Part shown: positions 38,143 through 50,389 of the stretch, piece by piece
Position numbering within the stretch: position 1 is the stretch's first letter
How the letters are laid out: each line of letters opens with the position of its first letter
From: Batkoa obscura
Lineage: Eukaryota
Assembly (NCBI GenBank): GCA_030770535.1
Contig: JASVEC010000015.1
Coordinates: 558,001-622,000 of the forward strand
Direction of reading: 5' to 3'
DNA length: 64,000 nt
Program-made: the position numbers and the translations under genes
Notes under the pieces: generated by a model
What the model saw: only the letters and a program-made list of their open reading frames with translations
What the model was told of the DNA's origin: nothing
Databases searched by the model: none

Positions 38143-39616
38143 TTTATTTTTTAATTAAGTTGAATAGTATAATTTTTATCTAATAAATATAGATAAATAT
38201 GTTTATTTTGAATATGTTTATATAAATTACCTATTACTAATATTTAAATTCCCTTGTTTTAATGAGTATATCCTGTAGCTTTAACTCGAGTATACTTTAA
38301 TCTCAACTAAGAAAGAAAGATAGAACAAACAAAAAATGTATTTATAGTTCGATGGTTCTTACTAGTGAGATCATTGGTCCTACCTTCCTTGACCTAATTA
38401 TTTTCACCTCTTCTATTTTTAGAATTCCAAATTCCAGCAACCAAGAATAATTTTAAGGCATCAAAGCCAATAATTATTAGACAGAAAACTTGTAAATCTT
38501 AGTGTTTTTAATTCTGTATGTTTTCATTTGAAATTTGATCATCCTATATAATTATCAATAATATTATAGCAGATGATAATAAACATATTCAAGTATATTA
38601 TGGTATAGTTTTGTCTAAACAAGTGTATAAACCACTAATATATTTTTAATATGTAAAGTTAGTAATTGTTCTTTAAATGAGTAATACTTATTTCATAAGA
38701 TAAATTTATTGGCTGGGAATGGACCATCCTAATTTAAATTAGTCTGAGTTTATTTAACAAAAACCTCTTATCTTTTATGCAATTTTTTAGGCTTATTAGT
38801 GCCTTGTAATCCAAATAGCTTTAGATAAGCAAAAATATGATCAACTGTAATAGTTGTTATTTTATCAATCAAAAATAGATTTATTTTATTCAATATTATA
38901 TTATTTAAAAGTTCAAGACATTTGTTAACAAAGTTGGGAGTAATAGATTAAGGGGGGCTATAAATAGCTGAAAGAGCAAGTTTTATTTACTTTAGCTAAT
39001 AATTAAAAGCTAAATATAATTTTGTTCTTAAAATAGTTCTTTAATATTTTTTATTTCCTTTATTTCTTAATGAGTAGTAATTTAGTAATCAATTAGCTGT
39101 TTAAAAATAATCCAGTAGCAAATTAATTAATAGATGTTGTATCTGCGCATATTTTATTGCAAATCTTTTTGCGCATTTAATTTTAACTAGGCTTTATTTT
39201 AAAAAAAATCAATATAAACATTTTTAGTGATAAAAGTTTATTATACTAACTTATAACCCAAAATAAAAGGATAAAACGTAATAAGTAAAGCCATATATTA
39301 GAGAATATGTTTTTAATCTAAAGCAACTAAGTAGAGTTAAACTACGAAACGTGGATTTTTAACTAAATTTAAACATAAAATACGACTTTTAAATTTTACA
39401 TGGAAATGTTTTTTATCCATTTTACATCCGATATAAAATTGAACAAATTTTATATAAAAATCTTATACAAAAAACGTCTTGATACTCTTTTTGTCCTTTA
39501 ATGTATTTAAGTCTAAAATACATTGAATTGTTTTATATCATTATTAGCTCTGTTCTTTCACTTTCTACTTCTTTCCACTCAAATGGGACTTAAAAGATAG
39601 AAAAAGTGGTATATAT

Positions 39617-39707
39617 GGGGCGTTTTTTTGGTTTTATCACTTTTTCTATCTTTTAAGCACCATTTGAGTGGAAAAATTGTTAGTAAAATTCTTAAAAATA
39701 TATTCCT
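39617..39707 (+). mobile_element. MITE family A copy, next to an inverted partial copy (~39571-39610)
   Basis: ggggcgtt...attcct with family core; adjacent ttccactcaaat..cttaaaagatagaaaaagt is the reverse-strand core. Confidence 0.85.
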
Positions 39708-40336
39708 AATATATTTTCAATCTAATTTTAAACAATTAAACTCAGTTAACTGTTTATTGTTATCCTGTATTAATTTTTAAATTTAATACCATTAAATATT
39801 GTGATTTTTAAGATTTTTAAGTTAAAGCTAGTTGAGGCAGCAAAGGAATAGAATAAGGAAAAATCCTCAAAAAGAAGGGTTATTGATGAAAACATAGGGA
39901 ATCCTAGTTGCATTCATTAACTCATCTATAATGTTACACATATTACTGAAATGAGGTAGATTTAGTTTGAATATTACAGAAGAGAGCTCAGAAGTAAAGA
40001 GCTTAAAATAATATGTAGCTACAGTGGTGATGAGATAGAGTGTCATGGGAATATGGTGGAAGAAAGAGTAATTGTTAACGTTAGAAGTAAAGAGCCTTTT
40101 AAAATCAAGAAGATAGTAATAGACATTAGAGTATTCGAGGGATCAAACCATTTCAGATTATAGATATTAAAGGACATTATAGTAATAAGTTAATAGAGTA
40201 TAGAAATATAGATTTTGGGCTAGAGTTTAGATTCATGAATCAGGGAAATGGCCCTATGTTTAAAAATTTCTATAATATACAAATAGATTAGTTTGATATT
40301 TCTTAAAGTAAACGTTTTATACGATTTTCAATAAAT

Positions 40337-40434
40337 GGGGATGTATTTTTGTATTTAAGAATTTTACTGACAATTTTTCCACTTAAATAGCGCTTAAAAA
40401 ATGGAAAAATAATGAAACTAAAAAAAACAGCCCC
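40337..40434 (-). mobile_element. MITE family A copy
   Basis: ggggatgt...acagcccc; aaat/aaat TSD. Confidence 0.92.
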
Positions 40435-40786
40435 AAATAAAAATTGTTGATTTTATTTAGTTGAATTTATTACCTTGATTATGGAGAAAACTTTCTCCGA
40501 TTACTATTTAAAATACTAAAAGTTTAGGAGCCTATATCATACATAGCAATAAATAAGGGATATATTAGGTTTAGGTTAAATTGTTAAATTATAGTAAAGC
40601 CATAAGCATCATGAAATAAAATATAAAGGAATAAAAGCGTCACATTGTTTATATTGAATCAGGCGTAGATTAAAGTTATGAAAGTTATAGGTTATACCAT
40701 TGTGGGCACATGAGAGCAACTATAATAAAACGATGTCATTTAAATTTAGTAATAAATCAAAATAAATATTGCTATAGGAAAAGTAA

Positions 40787-40794
40787 TATAAATA
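40787..40794 (+). promoter_or_regulatory. TATA box of trypsin gene
   Basis: TATAAATA 45 bp upstream of the ATG, conserved at the same spacing in the paralog promoter. Confidence 0.65.
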
Positions 40795-40831
40795 GGTAGC
40801 ACACTTTAGTAAAATATCCATCAAAAACATA

Positions 40832-41584
40832 ATGCTAAACTTCCTTGTCTGGTTTATCTTTATCTCATCCTCTCTTTCTAGCGATTCAAGAATCGTAAAT
40901 GGTACTGAAGTTAGTCCAAAGTTCCGCTATCCATTCATGATATCTTTAGATTATCATGGAAAACATGTTTGTGGTGGTACTTTACTCAATAAAAATACCG
41001 TAGTGACAGCAGCTCACTGTATCAATGCTACTGAATCCGATTGGACTATTTCTTTTCATCGTCACAACATGAATTTAACTAGCTTACAAGAACATGGGAA
41101 AGACTTGAAGATTTTGAAGCGTATCCCACATCCAAAATATTATCTTAGTGAAAGTAGTATAAACTATGATATTGCTATATATAAAATTGAGCCTATAAAG
41201 GGGTTTAATCTTAGATTAAAACTAGATTATAATGATATTTCATCCCAAACTGGTAAAGGTCTTATTGTTTTAGGTTGGGGGAGACTATATGAAAATGGTC
41301 CTTATTCTTATGTTTTAAGACAAGTTGATGTTCCAGTTTATGATATTAACCAATGCAAAATAAGCTATCCCACTTTGGATACTAAATCCCAATTTTGCGC
41401 TGGAAATAAAGATGGTGGTAAAGATTCTTGCCAAGCAGATTCTGGGGGTCCTATTTTAAGCTTTGAAGGTGAACCCACTATAGTAGGTATAGTGTCTTGG
41501 GGTAAGGGTTGTGGTTTGAAAGACTTCCCAGGAATCTATACTAGAATTTCAGCTAGTTTAGATTTTATAAATAAATACCTTTAA
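40832..41584 (+). CDS. Secreted trypsin-like serine protease (S1A), Asp189 type
   Basis: Signal peptide, SR|IVNG activation site, TAAHC, DIAI, KDSCQADSGGP, VSWG.GC, PGIYTR. Confidence 0.95.
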   Translation: MLNFLVWFIFISSSLSSDSRIVNGTEVSPKFRYPFMISLDYHGKHVCGGTLLNKNTVVTAAHCINATESDWTISFHRHNMNLTSLQEHGKDLKILKRIPHPKYYLSESSINYDIAIYKIEPIKGFNLRLKLDYNDISSQTGKGLIVLGWGRLYENGPYSYVLRQVDVPVYDINQCKISYPTLDTKSQFCAGNKDGGKDSCQADSGGPILSFEGEPTIVGIVSWGKGCGLKDFPGIYTRISASLDFINKYL

Positions 41585-42535
41585 ATCTAAATACGTTTTT
41601 AGTTAAAATATGCATGAATGTGGATAGTTTTTAGAGTTTAAATACTTTTATATATTGTTCTATTCGAAAAATTAGCTTATATTATATTCTATTGTCAAGA
41701 AGAATACTTATTTCCGTATATTCCAATACAATAACTTTGTATTTTAATAAACTTTACATTATTAAGGCAATATGCATAAATAGTATAGTAAAAATATTTA
41801 GAATTTGTTTGTATTATTAACAGTGTCCTTATTGCGTTTATGGCAAAACAATTTATTATTTAATTTATAATAATTCCAACGATACATCTTAAATATCTAT
41901 GTATAGGTATTTATTCATATACTAATATATTATTAATTACAAATTCATCATTAATAATCATTTAGTTACATATTATATTTTAATGGGCCTTGAACACAAA
42001 TAATTTCTATAGAAGGCAATTTGTTCTATAATTCAATACGGAAGTTCAATGTACATATATAATAATTAGTAGTTACTTGAAGATGGTTTGGGAATGACGA
42101 TACCTTTGATTAAAAGCAGTAAAGCCATAAATTATTCATGATATTATTATATAATGAAACTATCATAAATCAGCGGGTTTATATATTTTTAACTTATTTA
42201 TTTATGCGATTAAAATTATAGCCTTTGTTTTAAATAATTTTATATCAGGTTAGTTTAAATCTAAATATTAAGATCCTTTGTAAAATTTTCAAGTTAAGCT
42301 TAAACAAAACTGAAAAGTTTTATAATTTTAAACAAGTTCTTATAATTATTCATATATAAAGAAATAAGGTTTGAACTATAATAATGCTAAATTTATGGCA
42401 GTATTTTTTTCAAGAATTGTAGAGCCCTATTTTTATAAGTAATTTTATTATAATTTAGTATATTTTTATTTACAAAGAGTGATGACAAAATGAACGTAGA
42501 GATGAAAAAATCAAAACTAGGAATGAGGAGAAAGT

Positions 42536-43351
42536 CTAAATCAAATTCAAATCTTCATAACATGATAGATGAATAATGGAATGGCTTGACAAACTTAACT
42601 TTTGTTTTTGTTTTTTCTTGAGCCTTTTAACCCTGCCTGCTCTATCGAAGACATAAGAGTTTCCTAATAGGGCCTTTAAATCCCAATAGAATTCAAACCC
42701 GTTACAAAAAGAATCTTGGTTTAATTGATACCCTTTTCTTATTTTCTCTTCGCATTTCTTGTACTTTGCTACCAATACTTTCCACCTATTTTTACATTTT
42801 TCTACGCTTCTTTTATATCCATATGTATTTAGCTCATCTACTATGGTTTTCCATAAACTTTGATTTCGGGTTATGTTTTCGAATTCTTTTTGGTGTTTAA
42901 GTAAAGTTTTTAAAAATTGACTAGTTTCTTCATATGTCCAATTCTCTGCCCTTCCTCTATTATCTTCAATTAACATATTGGTATAGCTATATTCTTGTCG
43001 ATTACTTAACATCACTGAATTCTTTTTTGCTGTTAGTTTATTACTATATTCATAATCGTAGTAACTATTCTCTATAGTAGGTGATTGATAGCTCTGGTAA
43101 TAGTTTGCTGGACTTTGTACTTTACAGTAAGGTGACATTGATGTTAATGGATTAGAATGTGCATCCATCAACAATGTGCTAGCACTGCTTGCGTTTAAAT
43201 AATAAATATCACTTGGAATTACTTCTTGGAAATTACTCATAGGCGAATAGTATGGATCATTAAACTGTGGGGACGGCTGATAGTTTAAACTATAATCCAT
43301 TCTTGTAGTCATAGTTTTATCAGTACCATTCGAATAATAAATATGATTCAT
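42536..43351 (-). CDS. Trihelix/Myb-SANT-like DNA-binding protein
   Basis: RGRAENWTYEET...LW...GYKRSVEKCKNRWKVLVAKYKKC...FEFY; paralog of the 3059 ORF. Confidence 0.85.
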   Translation of the reverse strand: MNHIYYSNGTDKTMTTRMDYSLNYQPSPQFNDPYYSPMSNFQEVIPSDIYYLNASSASTLLMDAHSNPLTSMSPYCKVQSPANYYQSYQSPTIENSYYDYEYSNKLTAKKNSVMLSNRQEYSYTNMLIEDNRGRAENWTYEETSQFLKTLLKHQKEFENITRNQSLWKTIVDELNTYGYKRSVEKCKNRWKVLVAKYKKCEEKIRKGYQLNQDSFCNGFEFYWDLKALLGNSYVFDRAGRVKRLKKKQKQKLSLSSHSIIHLSCYEDLNLI

Positions 43352-44010
43352 TTTTTTATTGTATTATTTTTAATTTTCAATTATTTTTTTACATTTATAT
43401 ATATTTTTGAGCATACCTACTTTAATGCTTATGAGAAAAAGCCTCTTTAAAGGACTCCCGTCATCTGACAATTACTGCCCATAAAACATTATATTTTTAG
43501 CTGAGAAATTTTATAAGCTAAAAACAAGGCTATGAAGAGTATAAAAAACTAATTTTACTTTTAATGATAACTTATTCTTTTCCTCATATTTTATGTATTT
43601 TTTAACTATGTGATGAAACATTTAGGATATAGTTTCAATATCTTATTGATGTTTGGTAATCTTAAATTTAACTAATGCTCTCTTACATTTATAGAGGCTT
43701 TAAAACAAGCAGTAATAAGCCTATAATAAAATTAAATTATGAGAATAGTAGCGCATTAAATTCCTGAATTAAACAAGCTTTTTAATGTACAAATTTTAAT
43801 ATTAATTAATATCAATTGTCAGACAAATAGTACATAAAATTAAGACAAGCATAATTTATTAATTTGAAACCGCTAAAATTTTCTGGAAAAACATGTCTCA
43901 AGTACACTTTCAATTTTTAATTTTGGCTATTTCCTTTTAAAGATATACTTTTGCTAACATATTTTATTACTTCCGAACTTTGTCTCAATTTAAAATGTTA
44001 TTTAGTAAAT

Positions 44011-44102
44011 GGGGATATATTTTAAGAATTTTACTAATAATCTTTCCATTCAAACAGCGCTTAAAAAAATAGAAAGTGATGAAACCAAAAAAAAACATTC
44101 CT
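44011..44102 (-). mobile_element. MITE family A copy
   Basis: ggggatat...acattcct; aaat/aaat TSD. Confidence 0.88.
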
Positions 44103-45092
44103 AAATATTTAGTAATTTAACAAATAGTTTTATTTTTATTGTGAATTTTTTTATAATAAATATAATACACTTAATATAGCAGCATTACTTAAGTACCTAT
44201 TTATACCATTTATTATTATGTTTAGTCAGAATAAATATAACAAAGTAGTATTTTCAATATTTTAATATTAATAAAAGCATGAATAGTTCAGAGAAAGCAG
44301 TGGTATATTTAGTAATACTCAACTTTTATGCGTCGAAAGTAAAATTAAATTTATGCTATTAAATTCATGTATTAAATTACTTTTAAACATAATGAATTTG
44401 AAACTGGGGTTTGTACTTTATATTATCTCAAAGGTAAAGTTACTTATTAGGGTATTTTCATAAACCATCTATTGATTGATAGGTACCATAGGTTATTTTA
44501 TTATCTGCATATTCTTATGACTATATGGTCTTAAAGTAGTACTCTATTTTAATAGTTCGGTCATTTAAAGGATAGTATGTACATTTATTCTATAATTATC
44601 AATTATCAAAATATTTTGTTATGTTTATGATGTACTTGATTGGCTATTTTAACACATTATTAAAATTAATAAATCAATAGTTGAGAAGAAAACCTCAAGT
44701 TGTAAACTGTGTATGATAATTTAATGCTATTAAAAATTTCTGTATTAATTTGATTTAGGGTAATATTGTGATAGAGCATGGGTTGAAAGTGGGGGTCTTG
44801 TAATATATTTAATGTATAAAAGTATTTATACAAATACACTAATTCTTAGATCAACATTCTCACAAAACTTCAATTCTTGCTTTAAAGCCATATTATATGC
44901 TCTTATATTTTAATATAATTATATAGAGGTATTAAATATAGTTTAATTTATTAATTTAGAAATTTTTACTAAATAAATACTTGCTTATATAATCAATGAG
45001 AGATTTATAATTTTTATAGTTTGTTTATTAAATTAATAGTAAATAATTCTTTTTTTAAAAGCGCTGATATAAAGTATTAAATGATAATATCA

Positions 45093-45418
45093 TGTTATCA
45101 ACTACCGCTTATGTAAGAGGTGGTATAATATAAATATAGATACACCAGCAGTGAGTAAATACACTGTAATATAAAACCAAGAGAAAAGTGCACTAGATGT
45201 GCATATGTGCTTTCTAGCTCATACTACCAGATTATGAGATCATAGGATATGGAAAGAAGATTCAAAAGCAAAATTTGTATACTGTTGATTGAGCTTGAAG
45301 TCCTATAGTTGGCATCCTGATACTTGTATAAAAGTTATTCCGTACATTAACGATTAACGGTAGATAAAGAGTGCTTGACCGAGACATTAATAAAAAAGTT
45401 TATCTGTGAGCTATAACA
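45093..45418 (+). mobile_element. Possible solo LTR of a second family
   Basis: TGTTAT...ATAACA ends, higher GC than flanks, internal TATAAAA then AATAAA; no matching TSD and only one copy in the window. Confidence 0.35.
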
Positions 45419-45607
45419 AATAAACATAGGAAGCTTTTCATAGTATAGTTCCATTCTTATCAATTATCTTATTTTAAAACGATTATTAAATTAAGTCGTT
45501 GGGATAAATTAACTGAAAATTTGAAAATTAATCAGATTTTCATACCCATAAAAATCTAAAAATCTTTATTTCACCATTAGATATTTTAAAAAATGAAATT
45601 ATAATAT

Positions 45608-45705
45608 GGGGATGTATTTGTGTGTTTAAGAATTTTACTAACAAATTTTTCGCTTAAATAGTGCTTAAAAATGGAAAAAATAATAGAGTCAAAAAAAATA
45701 CTCCC
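45608..45705 (-). mobile_element. MITE family A copy
   Basis: ggggatgt...atactccc; atat/atgt flanks. Confidence 0.88.
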
Positions 45706-46823
45706 ATGTGTTTTATTAATTCTACATGCTGTCCTAGCAATAGGTCATATATATGCCTAACGTTAATATCATGACTAATTAGCGCGTCGCGAAGCTAGAT
45801 AAAGATATAATATTATTGATATATATGGCTTTGGAAATTATAGTTTAGTTTTATATTTTTTCTCTGTTCTGAAATGTATTTTTCAATGTATTTTTTGTGA
45901 AGTTAAATTATAATGCATCAGAGTATTTAATATTTGATACTAAAGGCATAATTCTTAACGTTATAGTCTATATTATGTATTGTGGTATTAAAGTTTATTA
46001 ACTGTAGATGAAAACTTGTTTTTTATCTTTTTATCTTTGGAGTACAAAAGTTAGATGAAGAATTAAAAAATTGTGCAAGAGATTTCTTCCTAGTCCTAAA
46101 AGGAATTCATTTAAAGGACCAAAAAAAAAAAGTATCAGGGTATTGACGATTGCTCAGAAGGTCAATTTACTGCTTCTTACTCTAGATAAAGCTTATGTAA
46201 ATAGATGTAACAAATTGTTTATAAATGTTACTTTAAGTTTTTTGATTATTTTGATAGGATTCTTATTCAGCTTTAAATTAAAATTTGTAGTTTTTCCTCA
46301 TGCCCATTTAGGTATAAAATTCATTTAAATAAATAAAATATCAAAGTTAATATAGAACTCAGCTTGTTTTATGATATTTAAACAGATTATAAAAATTTAC
46401 GAAACCTAATCGCTAATGATTGTATTTTTTAAAGTTTCAGTTGAAACTTTGACTTTGCTTTTTATACCATATTGCATTCCTAGTTGTCCTTCTTTAATAA
46501 TGTTGGGCTTTTAAAGGTTTATAAAGGTAGTGTAGTAGTTCCCTTCCTCATCAACTTTTATTAACTTAATTTTACTCTGATATAAAATAAAATAAAAATG
46601 TAGTAAGGTATGGAAGAAAACAAATATGCAGTACCTAAGTTTGGAAAAAAACAAATAAAAAAAATCCTCCGAGTATGAGGAAAAGCCCTATATTACTTAA
46701 ACTACTTTATGGACTCAAAACAAATAACTGAAAATGAACAGCCCATAGTTTATTTATAGAATTGTACCTTTTAAAAGTATGAACAAAAAGCAGTGTTAAC
46801 TTTAAATCGTGATTTTAACATAT

Positions 46824-46921
46824 GAGGATGTATTTTTGTGTTCAAGAATTTTACTAACAATTTTCCCGCTTAAATAGTGCTTAAAATATGTAAAAGTAAT
46901 GAAGTCAGAAAAAACATCCCC
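46824..46921 (-). mobile_element. MITE family A copy
   Basis: gaggatgt...acatcccc; atat/atat TSD. Confidence 0.92.
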
Positions 46922-48320
46922 ATATATATTCATTTTAGAATATCAGCTCTGAAAAAGAATAACTCAACTTCAATTAATTTAACTATATTTGAATTAGAAA
47001 ATAATGTCTAGATTATGTGCACGAAATCTTAAGTAATATTTTATTGTGTGTGAAGTATTACATTATTAAAAATTATACCAATGATAATAAACTAAATGAA
47101 CATAATTGATGTTTTAGTATCTCATTTAAGAAATTACTACTAACATAACTCAAATATGATTTTTCTTATATAACTTGATGGTTTTATAAATTAATTATCG
47201 TCATGCAATTAGTAAGATCTTAGTTACAGCAGCATTTAATTTATGAGACTATGAATTATGTAATAAAAATCATGTTTTAATTACATCGATAGTATGTTAA
47301 AAGACATATATGCTTTTAATTTTAATTTTATGTGATATTAAGCTTTGAGACTATATTTATTGATTTATATAGGTAAGTTTAAAAGCTTGGTCAAAATCAA
47401 GGATAAACCTTCTCTTTCATTTTTTCTTGTCCATCAGTTTATATAGCGTAAATTTTTGAAAAATAAATACTAGATAGAAAAAGTTTCAATATGAATTATT
47501 TTAAAATTAAGCAAAAAAAACAAATATTTTGTACTACTAAGTGCTTAATTCGCAATTTTTGCTGAAATTAAATTGAACAAAAATTAAACCAAGCTTTCAA
47601 ACTAATCCATAAAGTCAAGGCTAAGCCATTTACTATGCATAAATAATAATTAAAATCCAAAATTTTAAGTAAATAAAAGTAGGCTGCATAGTAGCATAAA
47701 ATGCATCAATAATTTTATGTATCAATACTTTTATGCATAGTTTGTGTTTTATAAATAGCCTCTATATTTTTTTAGTTATCAAAATCGTCCTAATATAGTC
47801 TTTCTGTTTATTTTTCATTAATCATTGATATTTGCCATATTAAATAGTTTTCTCATTGTCATAACTCATATTATAATTGGTGTTATAAACTAGTATGAAA
47901 AATATATCTTTAAAATTAATTCAGTATCTTTAAAGAGTTTTAATTTTATTAACATGTCCTCTAAAAATTTAAAAATAAAAATAAAAATAAAATTCAGATG
48001 ATTCATATCAGCTATTTTAAAATAAGACAGGTATAATTAATTTACAAGGCTATAAAACGTAATTAATGTTAAATAAAATTAGCGAACTATTAATAAGAAT
48101 TATTGAGTAAAAGTATTCAAACTTCTAACTTTATAGCATTGGGAGTGTTTTTTTCCTGTTTTAATATTACTATTTTTGATTCTTCATTTGACAAAAAGGA
48201 ATAAATAAATGAAACCGAAAGACATTCTCATTAATTTTTAAATTTACGATTTAAAACTTAGAGTCAATAGATTTAATAAAGACAATTATATGAAAAATTA
48301 TATGCACACTTCTGTTAATA

Positions 48321-48494
48321 TTATCAACTTGTTTTTCTTTAAAATATGCTTTATCTGATATTCTAACTTAATAAACGTTCTCCCAGACACGCAATTTATA
48401 AAAATATACTCATAAGTCAAAGCTTATTATAGCTTTAAATTTTTTATAATGCACGTTTGCTATTAGTCTGATATTTTAAAAAACAAGTTGATAA
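48321..48494. repeat. Imperfect ~24-bp inverted repeat pair (possible second MITE type)
   Basis: ttatcaacttgtttttctttaaaatat ... atattttaaaaaacaagttgataa. Confidence 0.45.
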
Positions 48495-48655
48495 AAGAGT
48501 ATAAAAATAAAAAGCTAGAACCTTTAAAATATAGGCATTTTTAAACTTTTATATTAACATTTCACCTTTTTTTATATAAATTAAATTAATTCCTAAATCA
48601 AATAATTAACACATACCTTTAATAAAACAATTAAGGCTCTAATGGCTTTCTGAAT

Positions 48656-49408
48656 TTATGCATATTTATTGATAAAATCCACACTAGTTGAAATTCTAGT
48701 AAACACAGCAGGGTAATCTTCTAAAGCACAACCCTTACCCCAAGACACTATACCTACTATAGTGGGTTCACCTTCAAAGCTTAAAATAGGACCCCCAGAA
48801 TCGGCCTGACATACGTTTTTCCAACCTTCTTTATAGCCAGCACAAAACTGTGATCCAGTATCTAAGAGAGGATAGCTTATTTTGCATTGGTTAATATCAT
48901 AAACTGGAACATCAACTTGTCTTAAAACATAAGAATAAGGACCATTTTCATATAGTCTCCCCCAACCTAAAACAATAAGACCTTTACCAGTTTGGGATGA
49001 AATATCATTATAATCTAGTTTTAATCTAAGATTAAACCCCTTTATAGGCTCAATTTTATATATAGCAATATCATAGTTTATACTACTTTCACTAAGATAA
49101 TATTTTGGATGTGGGATACGCTTCAAAATCTTCAAGTCTTTCCCATGTTCTTGTAAGCTAGTTAAATTCATGTTGTGACGATGAAAAGAAATAGTCCAAT
49201 CGGATTCAGTAGCATTGATACAGTGAGCTGCTGTCACTACGGTATTTTTATTGAGTAAAGTACCACCACAAACATGTTTTCCATGATAATCTAAAGATAT
49301 CATGAATGGATAGCGGAACTTTGGACTAACTTCAGTACCATTTACGATTCTTGAATCGCTAGAAAGAGAGGATGAGATAAAGATAAACCAAATAAGAAAG
49401 TCTAGCAT
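48656..49408 (-). CDS. Secreted S1A serine protease, Asn189 variant (probably non-tryptic specificity)
   Basis: Inverted paralog of 40832; start set at 49408 by homology; triad intact; WKNVCQADSGGP and YPAVFTR. Confidence 0.93.
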   Translation of the reverse strand: MLDFLIWFIFISSSLSSDSRIVNGTEVSPKFRYPFMISLDYHGKHVCGGTLLNKNTVVTAAHCINATESDWTISFHRHNMNLTSLQEHGKDLKILKRIPHPKYYLSESSINYDIAIYKIEPIKGFNLRLKLDYNDISSQTGKGLIVLGWGRLYENGPYSYVLRQVDVPVYDINQCKISYPLLDTGSQFCAGYKEGWKNVCQADSGGPILSFEGEPTIVGIVSWGKGCALEDYPAVFTRISTSVDFINKYA

Positions 49409-49445
49409 TATGCTTTTAATGAGCATTTCACTAAATCATGGCGTC

Positions 49446-49453
49446 TATTTATA
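49446..49453 (-). promoter_or_regulatory. TATA box of second protease gene
   Basis: TATAAATA on the minus strand 45 bp upstream of ATG 49408. Confidence 0.65.
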
Positions 49454-50389
49454 GTTTTCTTTCTTATGTTAACATTTGCCTAGATTTATTAGTAAATTTA
49501 AATTATTTATTTTACTATACTTACTACCATGTGTTTATAACAGTACGCTTTATTATATTTTATGACTTATTATAATGACTTTTTATACTGTATTTTATAA
49601 TACTATATTATGTGTAAACCAATATGATCAGTTTCATGCATTCATTTCTGCTCTTTTATTTCATATATATTTATTTCTACTATGCTTTATTAATTTAACC
49701 TAGACTTGATATTTTTCTTGTTTATGATTGAAAGTGATATTAATTTAAATAGCAAACTGGGTAAAAGTTTCTCCATACCAAAAAATTTATTTTGTTTTTT
49801 CAAGGTTATAATTATACATGAAACTAAGGAATTTTTAATAGTTTATCTAATTTAACATGTAAATTAATTAAATATCTACTAAACTTATGATTTTTGTTTC
49901 AATTTTACAGCTACTGAAACTCCATTATGACTTGACTACTCATTTAGGAATAAAAGTTTACTAGAATCAAACTAAATTTATTAACCCAGTTAAAAAACTA
50001 AATAGACAAATAAACAGCTCTAAAAACTATTATAAATTGTCACAATAGAGTTAGAACAGTTGTAATTTTGTTTTTTTTGTTGACAGACAATTTTGAGTAT
50101 TAGCTTTAAAATAATCTAAAAGGTTTACATTGATTATGATTAGTATGACGTTTTATACTAGTTTTATTTTATATAATTTATAACTAACTAGAAAATCGTT
50201 ATATCAAATGAAATATCGTAGTATTATCTTTATTTATTTGAACTTTATTCAATATTATCAGCTTATACCATAAAAAATCCAAAAATTAATAAATCATAAT
50301 TTGGGATTGTAGAGTTATAATTTTCTTATAAGGAATATATTAATTAAAAAGATAATAATAAGCTTGTCAAATAAGAATTAAAAACAAAA

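Noticed and set aside
10775..46328. Short hydrophobic ORFs (10775, 24271, 24920, 29010, 33809, 37359, 37575, 37871, 46071)
   Set aside because: F/I/L/K/N-rich chance ORFs of AT-rich DNA, or shadows of real genes
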